A program made the translations under genes and the position numbers. DNA of 63,874 nucleotides, counting the filler, from Octopus bimaculoides (lineage: Eukaryota): assembly GCF_001194135.2 (NCBI RefSeq). It is 6 parts of 5 records of this genome, joined end to end, with 100 filler letters (N's around TTAATTAATTAA, not from the genome) between each part and the next. Parts side by side here need not be neighbours in the genome. Positions count along the whole stretch, not along the records: positions 4,829 to 14,696 come from NC_068990.1; positions 14,797 to 18,580 come from NC_068988.1; positions 18,681 to 32,263 come from NC_069006.1; 3 more parts are not named here. One strand, written 5' to 3'. Shown here one piece after another: positions 12,801-25,814 of the stretch. Position 1 is the stretch's first letter. The number at the start of each line of letters is the position of its first letter. Under the pieces are notes generated by a model. The model was not told the DNA's origin. It made no database searches and saw only the letters and a program-made list of their open reading frames with translations.

Positions 12801-14431
12801 ACCAGACCACGTCTATATCCCAACAGTAATATAATTCCCATTAATCGTTGAACATATTTAGTTTTTGTTCATATTGTTTTGTTTTCAGACAATCCCTGTC
12901 TTATAAATAAAAGTTTGTTTAATGTTTGAGTGGTAATAAAAGTCAAATAATAAGATTTATTTACCTCTTGTACTCTTTTCATGATATAACCTGTAGCCAA
13001 CAATCTGCAGTTGTGGACAACTTATGTTAGCCTATTAAATAATCTGGCGAAAGGTCTAAATATGATCCAGATGACTCACTGTCAGAGTCGGCTCAAGGTA
13101 CCGGCAACTCGAGTAGTCGCCCGGGGCGACATATACTAGGGAGCACCAAAGAGGGCGTAGCAAAGACAAGGAAATTTCCACGATCGTCAGCTTGTACACG
13201 TTACCGAAAGTGGGTCGTGGGCGGCTGAGGACGCGAGCATAGTGATCGTCTTCGTCTCTAAGACTGCATATGTTAAGTTTATTTGCAACGATTAATGATG
13301 TTTTAGTGACCTCTTTTGTATTTTGCATATCAGCCAGTGTTTGTGTAGTATGGTTAAGGTCAGCTTGGCCTGTCATGGTATAACATCACGTCACAAATGT
13401 TGATGTGGACGTGTAGGTCAGGTAAGCTTAGAATGTGCGGGTGGGCTGGGGTCGCCTGAGTCAGGCATAAGCGACATCTTTCTGTTTCTTGAGACTGCGG
13501 ACTGTCTGATCACTTCAACTTGTCAGGACTCAAACTCAAAACCAAGAGCTGCATAGGCTAGGCAGAACAACTGCTGAAATGTATGTAAATTATTTTATAC
13601 TATTTATGAAGTATTTATTTGATTCTTTCAAATTTATTTTAAAAACACAGTGTCTATTTTTACGCGATCGTAAATCATTTTCTGTTGGCTATTTTTACTT
13701 GAAATCCAGTCAAGTCAAGTGCAGGGCTCACGACAGGTAAAAATATAGTCCCTGGGCTAGGAAGCTAATTTTTACGTACTACAGACGATTTTACAATCAG
13801 ATGTGATGTCGATGTGAATATAACTATAAGATACACTTCTACCATTAAGTCGATGTTAGTAAGAAATAATATTTCAGAAAACCCAAATGCTGATGTAAAC
13901 CGTGTAATATAGATGAAATTGGGAGATATTTAGTTATTAGATTAAAAGATGATAAACGTGACATACCTAACGGCAACACAAATAATGCTATGTTTATGAT
14001 AAAGATTAATGACCATCAATCTTACCAGAACTCTTGTGAAATGATTGTCAAATGTAATGATTACAAAATAAGAAGAATTTTAGAGTATGTATTCAAAGCT
14101 ACAAAAATTATAATCTAACAGAAGGTATGTTTAAACTAGACCCTTTCTCAAGATCCTTGGTAATCAGGTCAGTCCCATGACTGTGCAGTAACTTGGACAA
14201 ATATTTTCTACTCTAGCTCTGGGTTGACCAAAGTCTAGAGTCTGGATTTGGTGCCCAGAAAGAAGCCTGCAATGTGTATGTAAGTGTGTGTATGTGTGTG
14301 TATCTATATACATATATACATATTTAAAAATAGGATAAAATCTTTATAAGAATTTATCAAGTAGTTAGTGTTAAAAACCTCATAAGGGAAAAATTTATAA
14401 ATTATTCCCTTTAAATATATTTATTTATAAT

Positions 14432-14551
14432 AAGGGCATTACTATACATAAATGCCTCACACTAGGAGGGACTCTTAAAATTGCTTATTATGATAGTTTT
14501 GACTTTAAGAGTCCCTCCTAGTGTGAGGCCTTTATGTATAGTAATGCCCTT
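14432..14551. repeat. Inverted repeat, 48-bp arms, 24-nt spacer
   Basis: 14432-14479 vs 14504-14551 differ by one mismatch. Confidence 0.9.
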
Positions 14552-14629
14552 GATATTAAGAAATACATATATGTATGTACACACACACACGCACACATAT
14601 ATATATATGTATATATGTGTGTGTATATA

Positions 14630-14668
<39 letters not shown>

Positions 14669-14796
14669 ATGTATATATATATATATATATATATATNNNN
14701 NNNNNNNNNNNNNNNNNNNNNNNNNNNNNNNNNNNNNNNNTTAATTAATTAANNNNNNNNNNNNNNNNNNNNNNNNNNNNNNNNNNNNNNNNNNNN

Positions 14797-14825
<29 letters not shown>

Positions 14826-14831
<6 letters not shown>

Positions 14832-16345
14832 GCGAGGAGTATTTGAGAACAGTTTTGGTATACAATAAAACAACTATATTTCAGCTTAAATACATATGTA
14901 TTTGAATAAATATTTGTGCAATTAGTCTTGATAATGATTTTTTAAGCAAATTATTCTATGAAACCACCTTCGGTTTCAATGACTGCTTCAATGCGGGACC
15001 GAAACCGCTGGCATGCTGACATTATATGGTCTTTATTCATTTTAGACATCACCTGGGCTATGGCGCCCTCCAGTGAAACTATGGTATTATGAGGATGACG
15101 ATTAGTCTCCATTTCAACAGTGCTCCACATGTAGTAGTCCATGGGGTTCAAATCTGGCGAGTTTGGAGGCCACATATTAAAGATTGTCTGACAGCCATTC
15201 TTCGGTGGCGAGGGCTTTGTAAGAAGGTGCTGAGTCTTGTTGAAACACGTATGTCCTTTCACTGCATACTTCATCAGTCCAGGGCTTGATAACAGTTTCC
15301 AGTACCTCAATGTATCCAGCAGCATTAATTCTAAGACCCTGTGGAAAAATTCGCTATTCGCCACTCCTAAAACTATCACAGTTGCTGGAACTTTTGTGTG
15401 CATCATTCTGGATACTTCAGAAGGATCTGCACATTACAGTTGTCATTTCGTCTATTAGACTTTTGAACGTGGTCAAAGTTTTTTCATCAGAGAAAAACTA
15501 AACCATTTTTCATTTTGAACGGATGAAACGGTTTGTCTGTGACTTTACAGACAAGAATTGGCCTTTCCTCATTACATAAACTTGTATCGAATATCACACT
15601 GTACCATAAAATAGTTATATGCTGTCATCTTAATGTGACAGTCCCCTGAAGGGAATAATACTACCGTTGGTTAGGCCTAGGAAGCTACACCGCTTCCTGT
15701 CAGCCTTGACACATTTCTTGTGTCCTTATGTTTACAAGGGGGAGACAAGCACCTCCACCCAGCTAAGCCTGCATCCAGAGACAAGTTTCTGAGTCTTTGC
15801 TCGTCATCAGTTTCCCCCTTGTAAACATTAGGACACAGGAAATGTGCCAAGGCCGACAGGAAGCGGTGCAGCTTCCTAGGTCTAACCAACAGTAGTATTA
15901 TTCCCTTCCGGGGACTGTCACATTAAGTTGACAGAATACAACTACTTAATCGTATCACTACTGCATAAATCTCTCTGAGAGATTTAGAAATGTATTATTT
16001 CTAAACAATGTACCATAGTTCTGATAGTTCACTCTGACTCCGAAGTTCTTTAGCAATGGACCTCATTGATCTTCTGGGGTTTTCATTGATAATGTTTTGA
16101 ACATGTAGCATAAATTTCGGTGTCCTTTTAGTGTCCGAGGGTTGTGAATATATTTTTCCTTTTTTATATAGATGAAACGTTGCCATCACATGCCTCCAAT
16201 TCCAATCGAACTTTGTGTACAAATGATCTTGCAACATTTAGAAAGTTGCTAATTTCTAAATCACTGTGGTTTGCATGTATAGCAACTATGATTGCATGTA
16301 TTTTCATTTCTTGAGTTAACATGTCTTTAAAGGGTTATCTGAAAA
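14826..16345 (-). mobile_element. Decayed Tc1/mariner (maT-like) transposon, split by an insertion at 15609-16004
   Basis: ATG at 16322: MLTQEMKIHAIIVAIH..KRTPKF..NP..SMRSIAKEL..TIRTMVH | DIRYK.YVMRKGQFLS ... WPPNSPDLNPMDYYMW..IE, stop at 14951. TA-flanked gggtg end at ~14826. Several frameshifts and stops. Confidence 0.9.
15609..16004 (-). mobile_element. Palindromic HHR-carrying element, copy 1 (internally deleted)
   Basis: Arms 15609-15743 and 15813-15950 are inverted. HHR core on the minus strand (CTGATGA 15810-15804, GAAA 15789-15786, GUC ending 15780). 13-bp TSD acactgtaccata/acaatgtaccata (15596-15608, 16005-16017). Confidence 0.85.
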
Positions 16346-16386
16346 AAAAAATGATGCATTAAATAATTTGAAGGTGTAATGAACAA

Positions 16387-17011
16387 AAAACAAAATGATA
16401 AGAATTTATAGAAAATAGTAAGAAATATATATAACCTACATTTAAAGAGACAGGGTATTAAAATTTGAGGTAGGGAAGAGATAAAGGTAGTCCGAAAAGA
16501 GGAGGTAGTTAGGTATGGGCTTAATTAGGGCAGTTAGAGGTATTCAGGCCGAAGAGATTTCATAAGTTGCAATGTTACCGGTACTCTTAGATATATGATT
16601 TTATAATTTCTAATGGGTATATAATTAGGAGACTTACTTATATAAAAGCCATTACAAATATACATAATATGATTAGTGGCGCAGGACATCATAGAACGGA
16701 AAAAAAATTGTTTAATCACCAAAAATATGATGAAGCCAGATTAACTAGGCCGGAGTTTTCATGGGAAAGTAAATACGTATAGAACACACATACCATAACA
16801 TATAGCTTATAACATATTGAATTGATTAGAATTGAATTGATTTAAATACCACTGGCTATCTCTAACTGCTCTAATTAAGCCCATATCTACTACCCTCTCT
16901 TTTCGGGTTACCTTTATCTCTTCCCTACCTCAAATTTTAATGCCCTGTCTCTTTAAATGTAGGTTATATATATTTCTTATCATTTTCTATAAATTCTTAT
17001 CCTTTTGTTTT
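16387..17011. repeat. Fold-back element, ~152-bp arms, ~320-bp spacer
   Basis: 16387-16539 vs 16860-17011, about 11 differences by eye. Confidence 0.85.
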
Positions 17012-17985
17012 CTTACTTTGCTATCTTTACCTATTCATCTCTTATCCCTTATAACTTGTTACCGTTCTTAAATAGAGATTTTTCAGCTACTTAGGTCTAT
17101 GGTTATACTATATCAATATAAACGTATAAATATTTGTGCATGTGTGCACATAGATAAGTATATGTGTGTATCCGTACACATCTTTATTTTCTCTGATTCT
17201 TGGCTTATAATTAACATATAGTTAGCATGTTTATCTTTCCAGTATTCTATAAGTAAATGTCTTGAGCAGTATTTATAGAAACCACCTAGTAAGTAAATAA
17301 TGAAGTACGTGAATCTTTCCTATTAATGTCGTTCTAGGAACGGTTATATACATATACAGAAACACACGGGTGCAGAAGATAGTAAACAATGAAAATAACT
17401 GGGTAGCGGAAATTATATTTCTTAATACTACGGGAAGAAAGTAAATAAGAAATTTGTACGGAAAAATTTTTTTTTTATGGGTTGAAGTGAAATTTGTCAT
17501 TGAACCAAAAAGCTAGTATTGATGGAACCAGATAGAGAGATAGAGAGAGATGGATAGAGAGATACAGAGGTCACTGAAGTAAATATTTTTAAAACTTTCA
17601 AAGACATGAGTCTAATATAAAAAATAATATTTATTATTTTTTTTAATGACCAATGGATGTAAGGGATACAATCAATTTCTGAAAGTTACTTCGCAAAGAG
17701 TTACTTCAGTTCTCCACGTAACCCAGAAACGGGTGTTTTCTACCCCGGGAGGCCTGTTACTCATTATGTGAAAAGTTTTAAGAGTCTGAAACCACCTCTG
17801 GAACATAAGTAATGCATGTTCCCAGTTTGGAGAGAATCACTTGAAAAATACGGCCGTTATAGTTTTTTACACACACACACAGAATGAGATTTATATTATA
17901 GATAAATATATATGTGTGTGTGTGTATATACATATGTATGTATATATGTATATACATAGCGTATATATATGTGTATATATATGTA

Positions 17986-18049
<64 letters not shown>

Positions 18050-18680
18050 CTGTGTAACACTCAAACCTTGATTTCATTACAAAGGATACCTTTACAATAC
18101 ATGAATGTCAATACACATGATGTTTTAAATGTGACCCATGGCCAGCTTCCCTTCATTCTCTTCTTTTTTCACATCAGCAGCCCAGCTATCCGGTCGCAAA
18201 ACAATTCCTCTCTCTTGCTATTTGCTGTCTTCTATATTATTCAGGATTCTTTCTAAGCGTTAGCCACCATTTCTGTCTTTTCGGCCCTGAGGCTGTATTT
18301 TGCCCGTTTCCTAAGATGTAAACGTTTCCTATCCGTTTACATCTTTGTCCATCGTCTTAAATTACATTTGTCTGTTTTGTTTATTCGTGGCCCTACATTC
18401 TCTACAATTTTCACAGGCACTGCCAATATGGGAAGTCCTTGGTCTTATCGCTATTGGTGCAAAACTGAGTATTACCTTTTGGTTGAAATCTGATGAAGAA
18501 TTAGGAACCGTCAGTGCCTGTCTCGCGTCTGGTTATATACGTATACGTTTTTAACTGTCGTTGTTTATTTACTATGCGTTNNNNNNNNNNNNNNNNNNNN
18601 NNNNNNNNNNNNNNNNNNNNNNNNTTAATTAATTAANNNNNNNNNNNNNNNNNNNNNNNNNNNNNNNNNNNNNNNNNNNN

Positions 18681-18721
<41 letters not shown>

Positions 18722-18888
18722 CGTGCATGCATATATACACACATGCACACATGTGCACCATATACTTAGGTATATGTGTGTGCATATATGTCAATCCATG
18801 TAAAAAATATATATATGAACACACACATACCCACAGACACATATATATCTATATATGTATATATATCTAAATATGTATATATATCTAA

Positions 18889-18927
<39 letters not shown>

Positions 18928-19194
18928 AGTATGTATGTATGTATTTGCACACGACACATGCTCACAAACACACACACACATGCACATAGATACGCACATA
19001 ATAAACAGTGCTGAAACGCCATTGGTAATTCTAGTTAACATTGAACGAGGCTTTCTCTCATTCATTAGACGTAACTAACAGTTCAGTTACATAACTAAAC
19101 ATGTTTTTATCTCTCAATTTCGCTTCCGCTCTATTTTCCAATCCATCCGAACCAACCTGTTTTATGTAGGATCGGAATTAAGAATTAACACGGT

Positions 19195-19523
19195 GATGTA
19201 TACCCCTGATTCAAGATTTAAGTTGGAAGATAATGGAAAGTGCGAGTAAAATGTACCCCGGTGGTTATAGTTGCATTGGGAACTATATCTACAGATCTGA
19301 ACAGATGGATAGAGGAAACAGCCATAAAACCTGGTTGAGTACAGCTCAAGAAAACAGTGTTATTAGGGACAGCTAGAATATTGAGGAGGGTTCTTGGCAT
19401 CTAAGTTTACTCCAGTAGGAGGGCTCTTGGTACCTAAGGCTACTTGTAGCCCGATGTTAGGATTCTTTTCTTTCCCAGCAGTCTAATCTGTTGAGTGTAT
19501 ATGAATAATAATAATAATAATAA
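19195..19523 (+). mobile_element. 3' end of an R4/Dong-clade non-LTR retrotransposon with (AAT)n tail
   Basis: WKVRVKCTPVVIVALGTI..L..WIEE..I....QLKKTVLLGTARILRRVL*, then a short 3' UTR and (AAT)n at 19504-19523. Confidence 0.8.
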
Positions 19524-20199
19524 AACGAACGAATGGATTTCCGAGAGGTCGTTACGGTTGTTTCGTTAGCAGTTTTTATTTCGATGTAAGCATGATATAA
19601 TTGTTCTTACATCAAAATAAAGACTCTTAACGAAACAACTGTAGCAAGCGATATATATATATATACACACACATTCATGCTGTGGCAGCAACATGGGGAA
19701 TCGTAACGCGGTAGGTTAGGTTAACCTGCAGGAAGTAGTAAATAGGTTTCCCTCAAATCACGCATCACGTTTTAAAAAGGTGAAGGATACGAATTAATTG
19801 ATTGAAATCTAGATATCAGTCTCTATTGAGAGAGAAGAAAAAAAATAGAATTGATGGGTTGACACGGCTGAATGCGTTTGATAATAGATTTGCTCTATCA
19901 GTGCTACCCTGAAGCTAAAAACAAGACAAACAAACAAAAATATAACAAACAATAACGAAAAGAGCAACGTTTCGATTACCTAATGGATGAATAGTTTATG
20001 ACAGAAATCCGTACAAAACAGAACACATTAAATATTACATTCAATCACTTATCAATGAAATCCGTGTAGAATAGAACACAGTATGTATTACATCCAATCA
20101 TAAATTAGCATAAATGATTTATTAGAAAAACACAAGGAAAATCTACTGTAACGTTTTTTCTTATCAACAACAAACCCGCAAGCGTGTTTTGGACGCCGA

Positions 20200-20582
20200 T
20201 TAGAGAGGGTGGCAGCCATGTTAATTACCAGGAGGTCTTTTCACTTTTTAATATAAATAACACGATACAGAAAACACAATTGTATATTACTTGCCGCAGG
20301 TATAGTCTTATGTGAATGTGTGTGTGTGTGTGTGTGTGTGCCGGTGACATCAGTACAAACAGCCTTCCGCTATGAGCGTACTTTATAACATTTCATTATA
20401 TTGCAATAGCGTTGAATGTATCACAAGAAACCCGGCTTGGTTCGGCTGGGCTCAGCTCGGCTTGGTTCGGCTCGGTTCGGCTCGGCTCACCCAAACTGCC
20501 AGTCATAGAATAAACTTAAAATATGAACGCAGAGTAAAGCCGCTTGACACAAATCGACCTTGAACTCTGCTGCGCATGCGCA
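20200..20582. promoter_or_regulatory. Promoter-like segment: NRF-1-type palindrome, (CGGYT)n pentamer run, YY1-like AACATGGCTGCC on the minus strand
   Basis: TGCGCATGCGCA at 20571-20582, pentamers at 20433-20488, ggcagccatgtt at 20211-20222, locally CpG-rich. Confidence 0.4.
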
Positions 20583-20629
20583 CCTAGTTGTAACTTTCTA
20601 GCTCACTTTCTCTGAAGAACAAGATGGAG

Positions 20630-21082
20630 AAGAGGAAGAGGTTGAAGAGAGAAAAGAGAAAAGAAGGGGAAGAGGAGGAGGAGGAGACGAAGAAGAAGAA
20701 AACGAAGAAGAAGAAGAAGAAGAAGAAGAAGAAGAAGATGATGATGGTGGTGGTGATGAGGATGAGGATGATGAAGAGCAACAGAAAAAACAAGAACAAC
20801 AAAAACGACGACAGCAACAACAACAACAGTAACATCAATAACAACAAATAACAACCACAGTACAGAGTCACCATTGTCTGCATTGTGTGGTTAGTTGTGT
20901 GTTCATTGGTCTGTTATAAGCATCGTCTGCCAATACAATGGTAAGAAGCTACATTTCACTGACTTCTTCAGGAATACAACAAACTGGAATGGAAAACACG
21001 CAGACGTTTAGAGGGTTGTTGTTAAGTAAGAATGATTGGTGGACATACATACATACATACATACATACATACATACATACGG

Positions 21083-21122
<40 letters not shown>

Positions 21123-21979
21123 ATACATGCATATATAATACATATATAAATACATAATAATACATACGTACATACGTACATACATACATATACATAATAC
21201 ATACGTACATATATATATATATATATATNNNNNNNNNNNNNNNNNNNNNNNNNNNNNNNNNNNNNNNNNNNNNNNNNNNNNNNNNNNNNNNNNNNNNNNN
21301 NNNNNNNNNNNNNNNNNNNNNNNNTATGTATACGTACATACATACATACTTACGTACATACGTACGTACGTACATACATGCATTCATACATATACACACA
21401 CATATATATGAAGCATCTTACATACATATATGTTATATACTACATTATATTACACGCACACACACATACACACATATATATACATATATCAGTGCATATA
21501 TACGTATATACATACATACATAAAAGCTTGCATTCTTACATAAATAAATATTGGCATACATGCATACCTACGTACAATCATGCAAATAATCTTACTTGCA
21601 TACATGCATGGTTACTTACCTATGTATATTTACATGTGAACATACATACACGCACACATACATATACACATACACTCATACAACAATGGCGGCAACAACG
21701 TGAAAAACAACAACAAAAATAACAGCATATATATTTGTACATATACTCACACAGAAAAATATATACCTACATACATATATGTATGCATACGCATATACAT
21801 ACATATTTACATGCATAAATTCAAGTTTACACGCAACGTGAAAGTGAAAGTATGACATTACTTCAAAACACGAAGTATTCTTTACTTTTTCTGTATCGAT
21901 TACTTCAAAATATAATACTATGCAAACATTTATATAGACACACACACATCCACACCGAAAGCGCACAAACAAAAGGGTG

Positions 21980-22010
<31 letters not shown>

Positions 22011-22260
22011 CGCCCCCATTACCATTACAAGCATAAAAACACATATACACCGCCCCCAATACCCCTACAAGCACAGACATTCACACACACTCACATACCC
22101 ATACACACATATATATATATATACATACATGAATGCATACATGCCCACACACTAATACCAATACAACACAAAAACATACACAAACCAGTACCAATACAAA
22201 CAAATACACACATATACGCACATATACGCACACAAACATACATATATACGTACACACACG
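20630..22260. repeat. Compound microsatellites (GAA/GAT/CAA, TACA, TA, CA)
   Basis: Direct inspection. Confidence 0.9.
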
Positions 22261-22464
22261 CGGGCGCGCGTACTCAAAGTTGACGTCAAAAGAATTTACA
22301 AACTTTCGAAAGAACGTGGAATAATTGTTTTTGTATTTTTTAAAATTCTAACTGGATCTCGAAGCAGGCATAAAGTCATAAATAATAGAATGTAAATATT
22401 TGGTTGAAAAACCCTTTTTGGATAGATAAAGTTGAAGGTTGTCCGGTAAGTGGGGGTACTTGAT

Positions 22465-22680
22465 TCCAAGTTTCTCCACTTGCAAGACTTTGGTTGGTCC
22501 GGGGCTATAGAAGAAGGCAGTTTCCTAAAGTGCTACGCAGTAGAATTGAAACCGACCATTCTAATGGTTCCAACAAGGTATTGGCATGGATTGGGGTTCT
22601 TTTGTTATCGATCTTGAAAAGCTGAAAGGTAGAGTCGAGCTCAGGCGGTTTGAACTCCGATCGTAAAGAGTCGAAACGCA
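22465..22680 (-). mobile_element. Degenerate SINE A and SINE B fragments
   Basis: actttggttggtccggggctatagaagaag matches family A; ttatcgatc..aaaggtagagtcgagctc..tttgaactc matches family B. Confidence 0.6.
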
Positions 22681-23079
22681 GTCCCAAAATAACTTAAACA
22701 AGTAAAAGATAAAAGATAAAACATAATCTCCAAGATTATTGACTTTGTTTAGAGGGGAATGTCATAGTTAAGATTAAGGTTGAGTTAAGCCCTTCGCCAG
22801 AAGGAATACATCATATGGAGTTTGAATCCGACCAAAATATCAAAATGTTCTTTTATGCTTTAACAGGAGCACCGAGTTTGCTGGAAGACAGCCATACACG
22901 CTCGACGTGGGTGGCGGGGTCAATGTTTGGTCAAAACGCCACTGGAATTCCCACATCTACATTGATATTTAGAATTATTTGTAGAAGGAATCAATAAATG
23001 AATTGGTAACTAAAAGCTATTAATAGAGTTCTTTTACAAAATAAAATGCATCATGGAGTCTTGAATTCTGTGTATACAT

Positions 23080-23169
23080 GCATATACGAGTGTGTGTGTG
23101 TGTGTGTGTGCGCCTGTGTGTGTGTGCGTGTATGCATGTGTGTGTATACATACATACATTTATACATAA

Positions 23170-23209
<40 letters not shown>

Positions 23210-25764
23210 TTGAAATTTACAGAAAAACAAAAGACGAAGACAGGTGTATAAACAACAAGCAGGTGTATTGTAANNNNNNNNNNNNNNNNNNNNNNNNNNN
23301 NNNNNNNNNNNNNNNNNNNNNNNNNNNNNNNNNNNNNNNNNNNNNNNNNNNNNNNNNNNNNNNNNNNNNNNNNNNNNNNNNNNNNNNNNNNNNNNNNNNN
23401 NNNNNGTATAGAAAGTATTAGACGAGGTTTTCCTACTCTCTCAAAACGCCTGATATTGATGCCTTGATGATGACAATGATGATGATGATGATGAGGAGGA
23501 GGAGGAGGATGACGGCGGTGACGATGATGAGGATGATGTTGTTCATGAAAATGGTGAAAATGATGACGACGAGGACGATGGGATGATGATGATGATGGTG
23601 ACGATGGTGACGATGATGATGATGTTGATGACAAAAATGATGATGACAAAAATGATGACGATGACGATAACGGTGATGGAAATGATAATGATGATGATGA
23701 TGATGGCCATTATTGTAAGCATTGGAATCTGTTAAACAAGAAACCATCAGAAACATTAGACAAAATCTTTACAACTCATTACATTTGTTTTCGTTTTTTT
23801 CTTTTTTAATAATTTATCTGTTTATTTTATTTTGTTATTTTTCTACTTTTCATTGTTCCTTTTCGCATTCATTGTTTTGTTTCCTTGTTCTAAAAGCAAC
23901 GACAGTTGCCTTCTAAATGAGTTTAATGAATTTACTTGATCTTACATACGTTTTCGTTCGTTTCTTTCTTCATTGTATTAATTTCTTGAACCTCTGCAAG
24001 ATAGTATCGATAATAACTCTTATTGAATGTTGACATAGCTCACTTTGAGCGGTTCATTGACCAAACTTCGATCTATTTCCAATCAGGCGTGCACAAAAAT
24101 ACGATTGTACGATTGTCGTTCGCATTGCAACAGAGGATTTAACACAAATGGGCAAGTTCTTTCTTTCTTTCTTCCTCTCTATCTTTCTTTCTATCCTTCT
24201 TTCTTTCCTTCTTTCTTTCCTTCTTCCTTCCTTCCTTCCTTCCTTCCTTTCTTCCTTTCTTTCTCTATATCGTTCTCTCTCTAAGTGTTTGCAGACATAT
24301 TAGACATGCATACCTACCTACCTACCTACCTACCTACCTACCTACCTACCTACCTACCTACCAAACATATATACTTATACACATATATGTCATATGAAAT
24401 ACATATTTTGATATAATCACATTTTTACTCAGATTTTTGGTTGAAGAATTCATGAAGAAAGTTCCTTCATTTTGGTTTGTTTCCTTATATTCGTCTGTAT
24501 CTCTATTTGCGTTTATAATGATGACGATATCCATGATGACGACCATTCGCATTCTCATCACCCTTCCCAATCATCGCCGTAGTCGTCGTCGTCGTCGTCA
24601 TCATCATCATCATCATCATCATCATATTTGTTCTCACCATCAACAGGGCCATCGATATCTGTTGTTTTTGATATCCTGGTTCGTTGCTTTTCTTGTCGAT
24701 GCTGTTGCCCTACTGCTGCTGCTTCTTCCCCTGCTGCTGCTAATCACAAATAGTATTGATTAATCGGACATTTAACTGTCCTCCTATTTTCTTCAGCCGT
24801 TTGATGTCTATATTAGAGGAAAGATGGCTGGAGGGGCAATGTGAGTGTGAGACGATGTGTGTACAAGTGTTTATGAGTATATAAGAATGCGTGTGAGTTT
24901 GTGTTCGGATGAATATTGAAGACTGCAAGAAAGACAAAAAGAAAGAAAGAAACAGACGGTGAAAGAGGGGAAGCAAGAAAGAGTGAGCGAGAAGAAGAGA
25001 GTAAGAGAGGCTGGAAGAAATTAAAAGTGAAACAGAGAGGAAGAATGGAAGAGAGTTGGAGAGGAGAAAGAGTATTAGAGAACGTGCACAATTCCAAAAT
25101 GTTGAAAGGAGTTTTCTGTTAAGGTTAACCCGCTTACACAAGGAAACCGGAAACACCAATTTGCATAAACAACGCACTTCTAACAGCTACTTCGATTAAT
25201 AAATTACCAATGCATTAATTTTATTTTGCTTCAGTGCTATATATTGTATTACAGAATATATCTATAGATTTGTAGCAAATATCACATCTCTAAAGATGTA
25301 AACACGCTTTCTATGCGATATTTTCTTGTACAGAAGAGCGTAGGTTCGAAACGTCACTGATCCATTATTATACTTGAGCGTCACACTAACACACCTTGTT
25401 TATTGTTCCCCAACACTAACACACCTTGTTTGTTGTTCCCCAACATTTTATGCAGAATTTTGAGCCATATGTATGTTTACATACACACACACACACACAC
25501 AATATGCATAATATAATACTACTAGTCATCTACAGGCATATTACAAAGAATACAATCGATATAATAGAAAAGTACAATAATAATAACAACAACAACAACA
25601 ATAGTAATAATAATAATAATACACACGAAAAGGTATGTCAAAAAATGTTGCATGAGTGCAAGATCAATCACGGCGCCCGTTCGTGCAGTGGAAACATGCA
25701 ACAAAACTAAAACTGCTGAGATAATAATAATAATGATAATAATAATAATAATAATAATAATAAT

Positions 25765-25814
<50 letters not shown>

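Noticed and set aside
25325-25360. CAGAAGA..GTTC-GAAAC-GTC PLE-end-like motif
   Set aside because: Core mismatch and no stem I; at best a decayed remnant.
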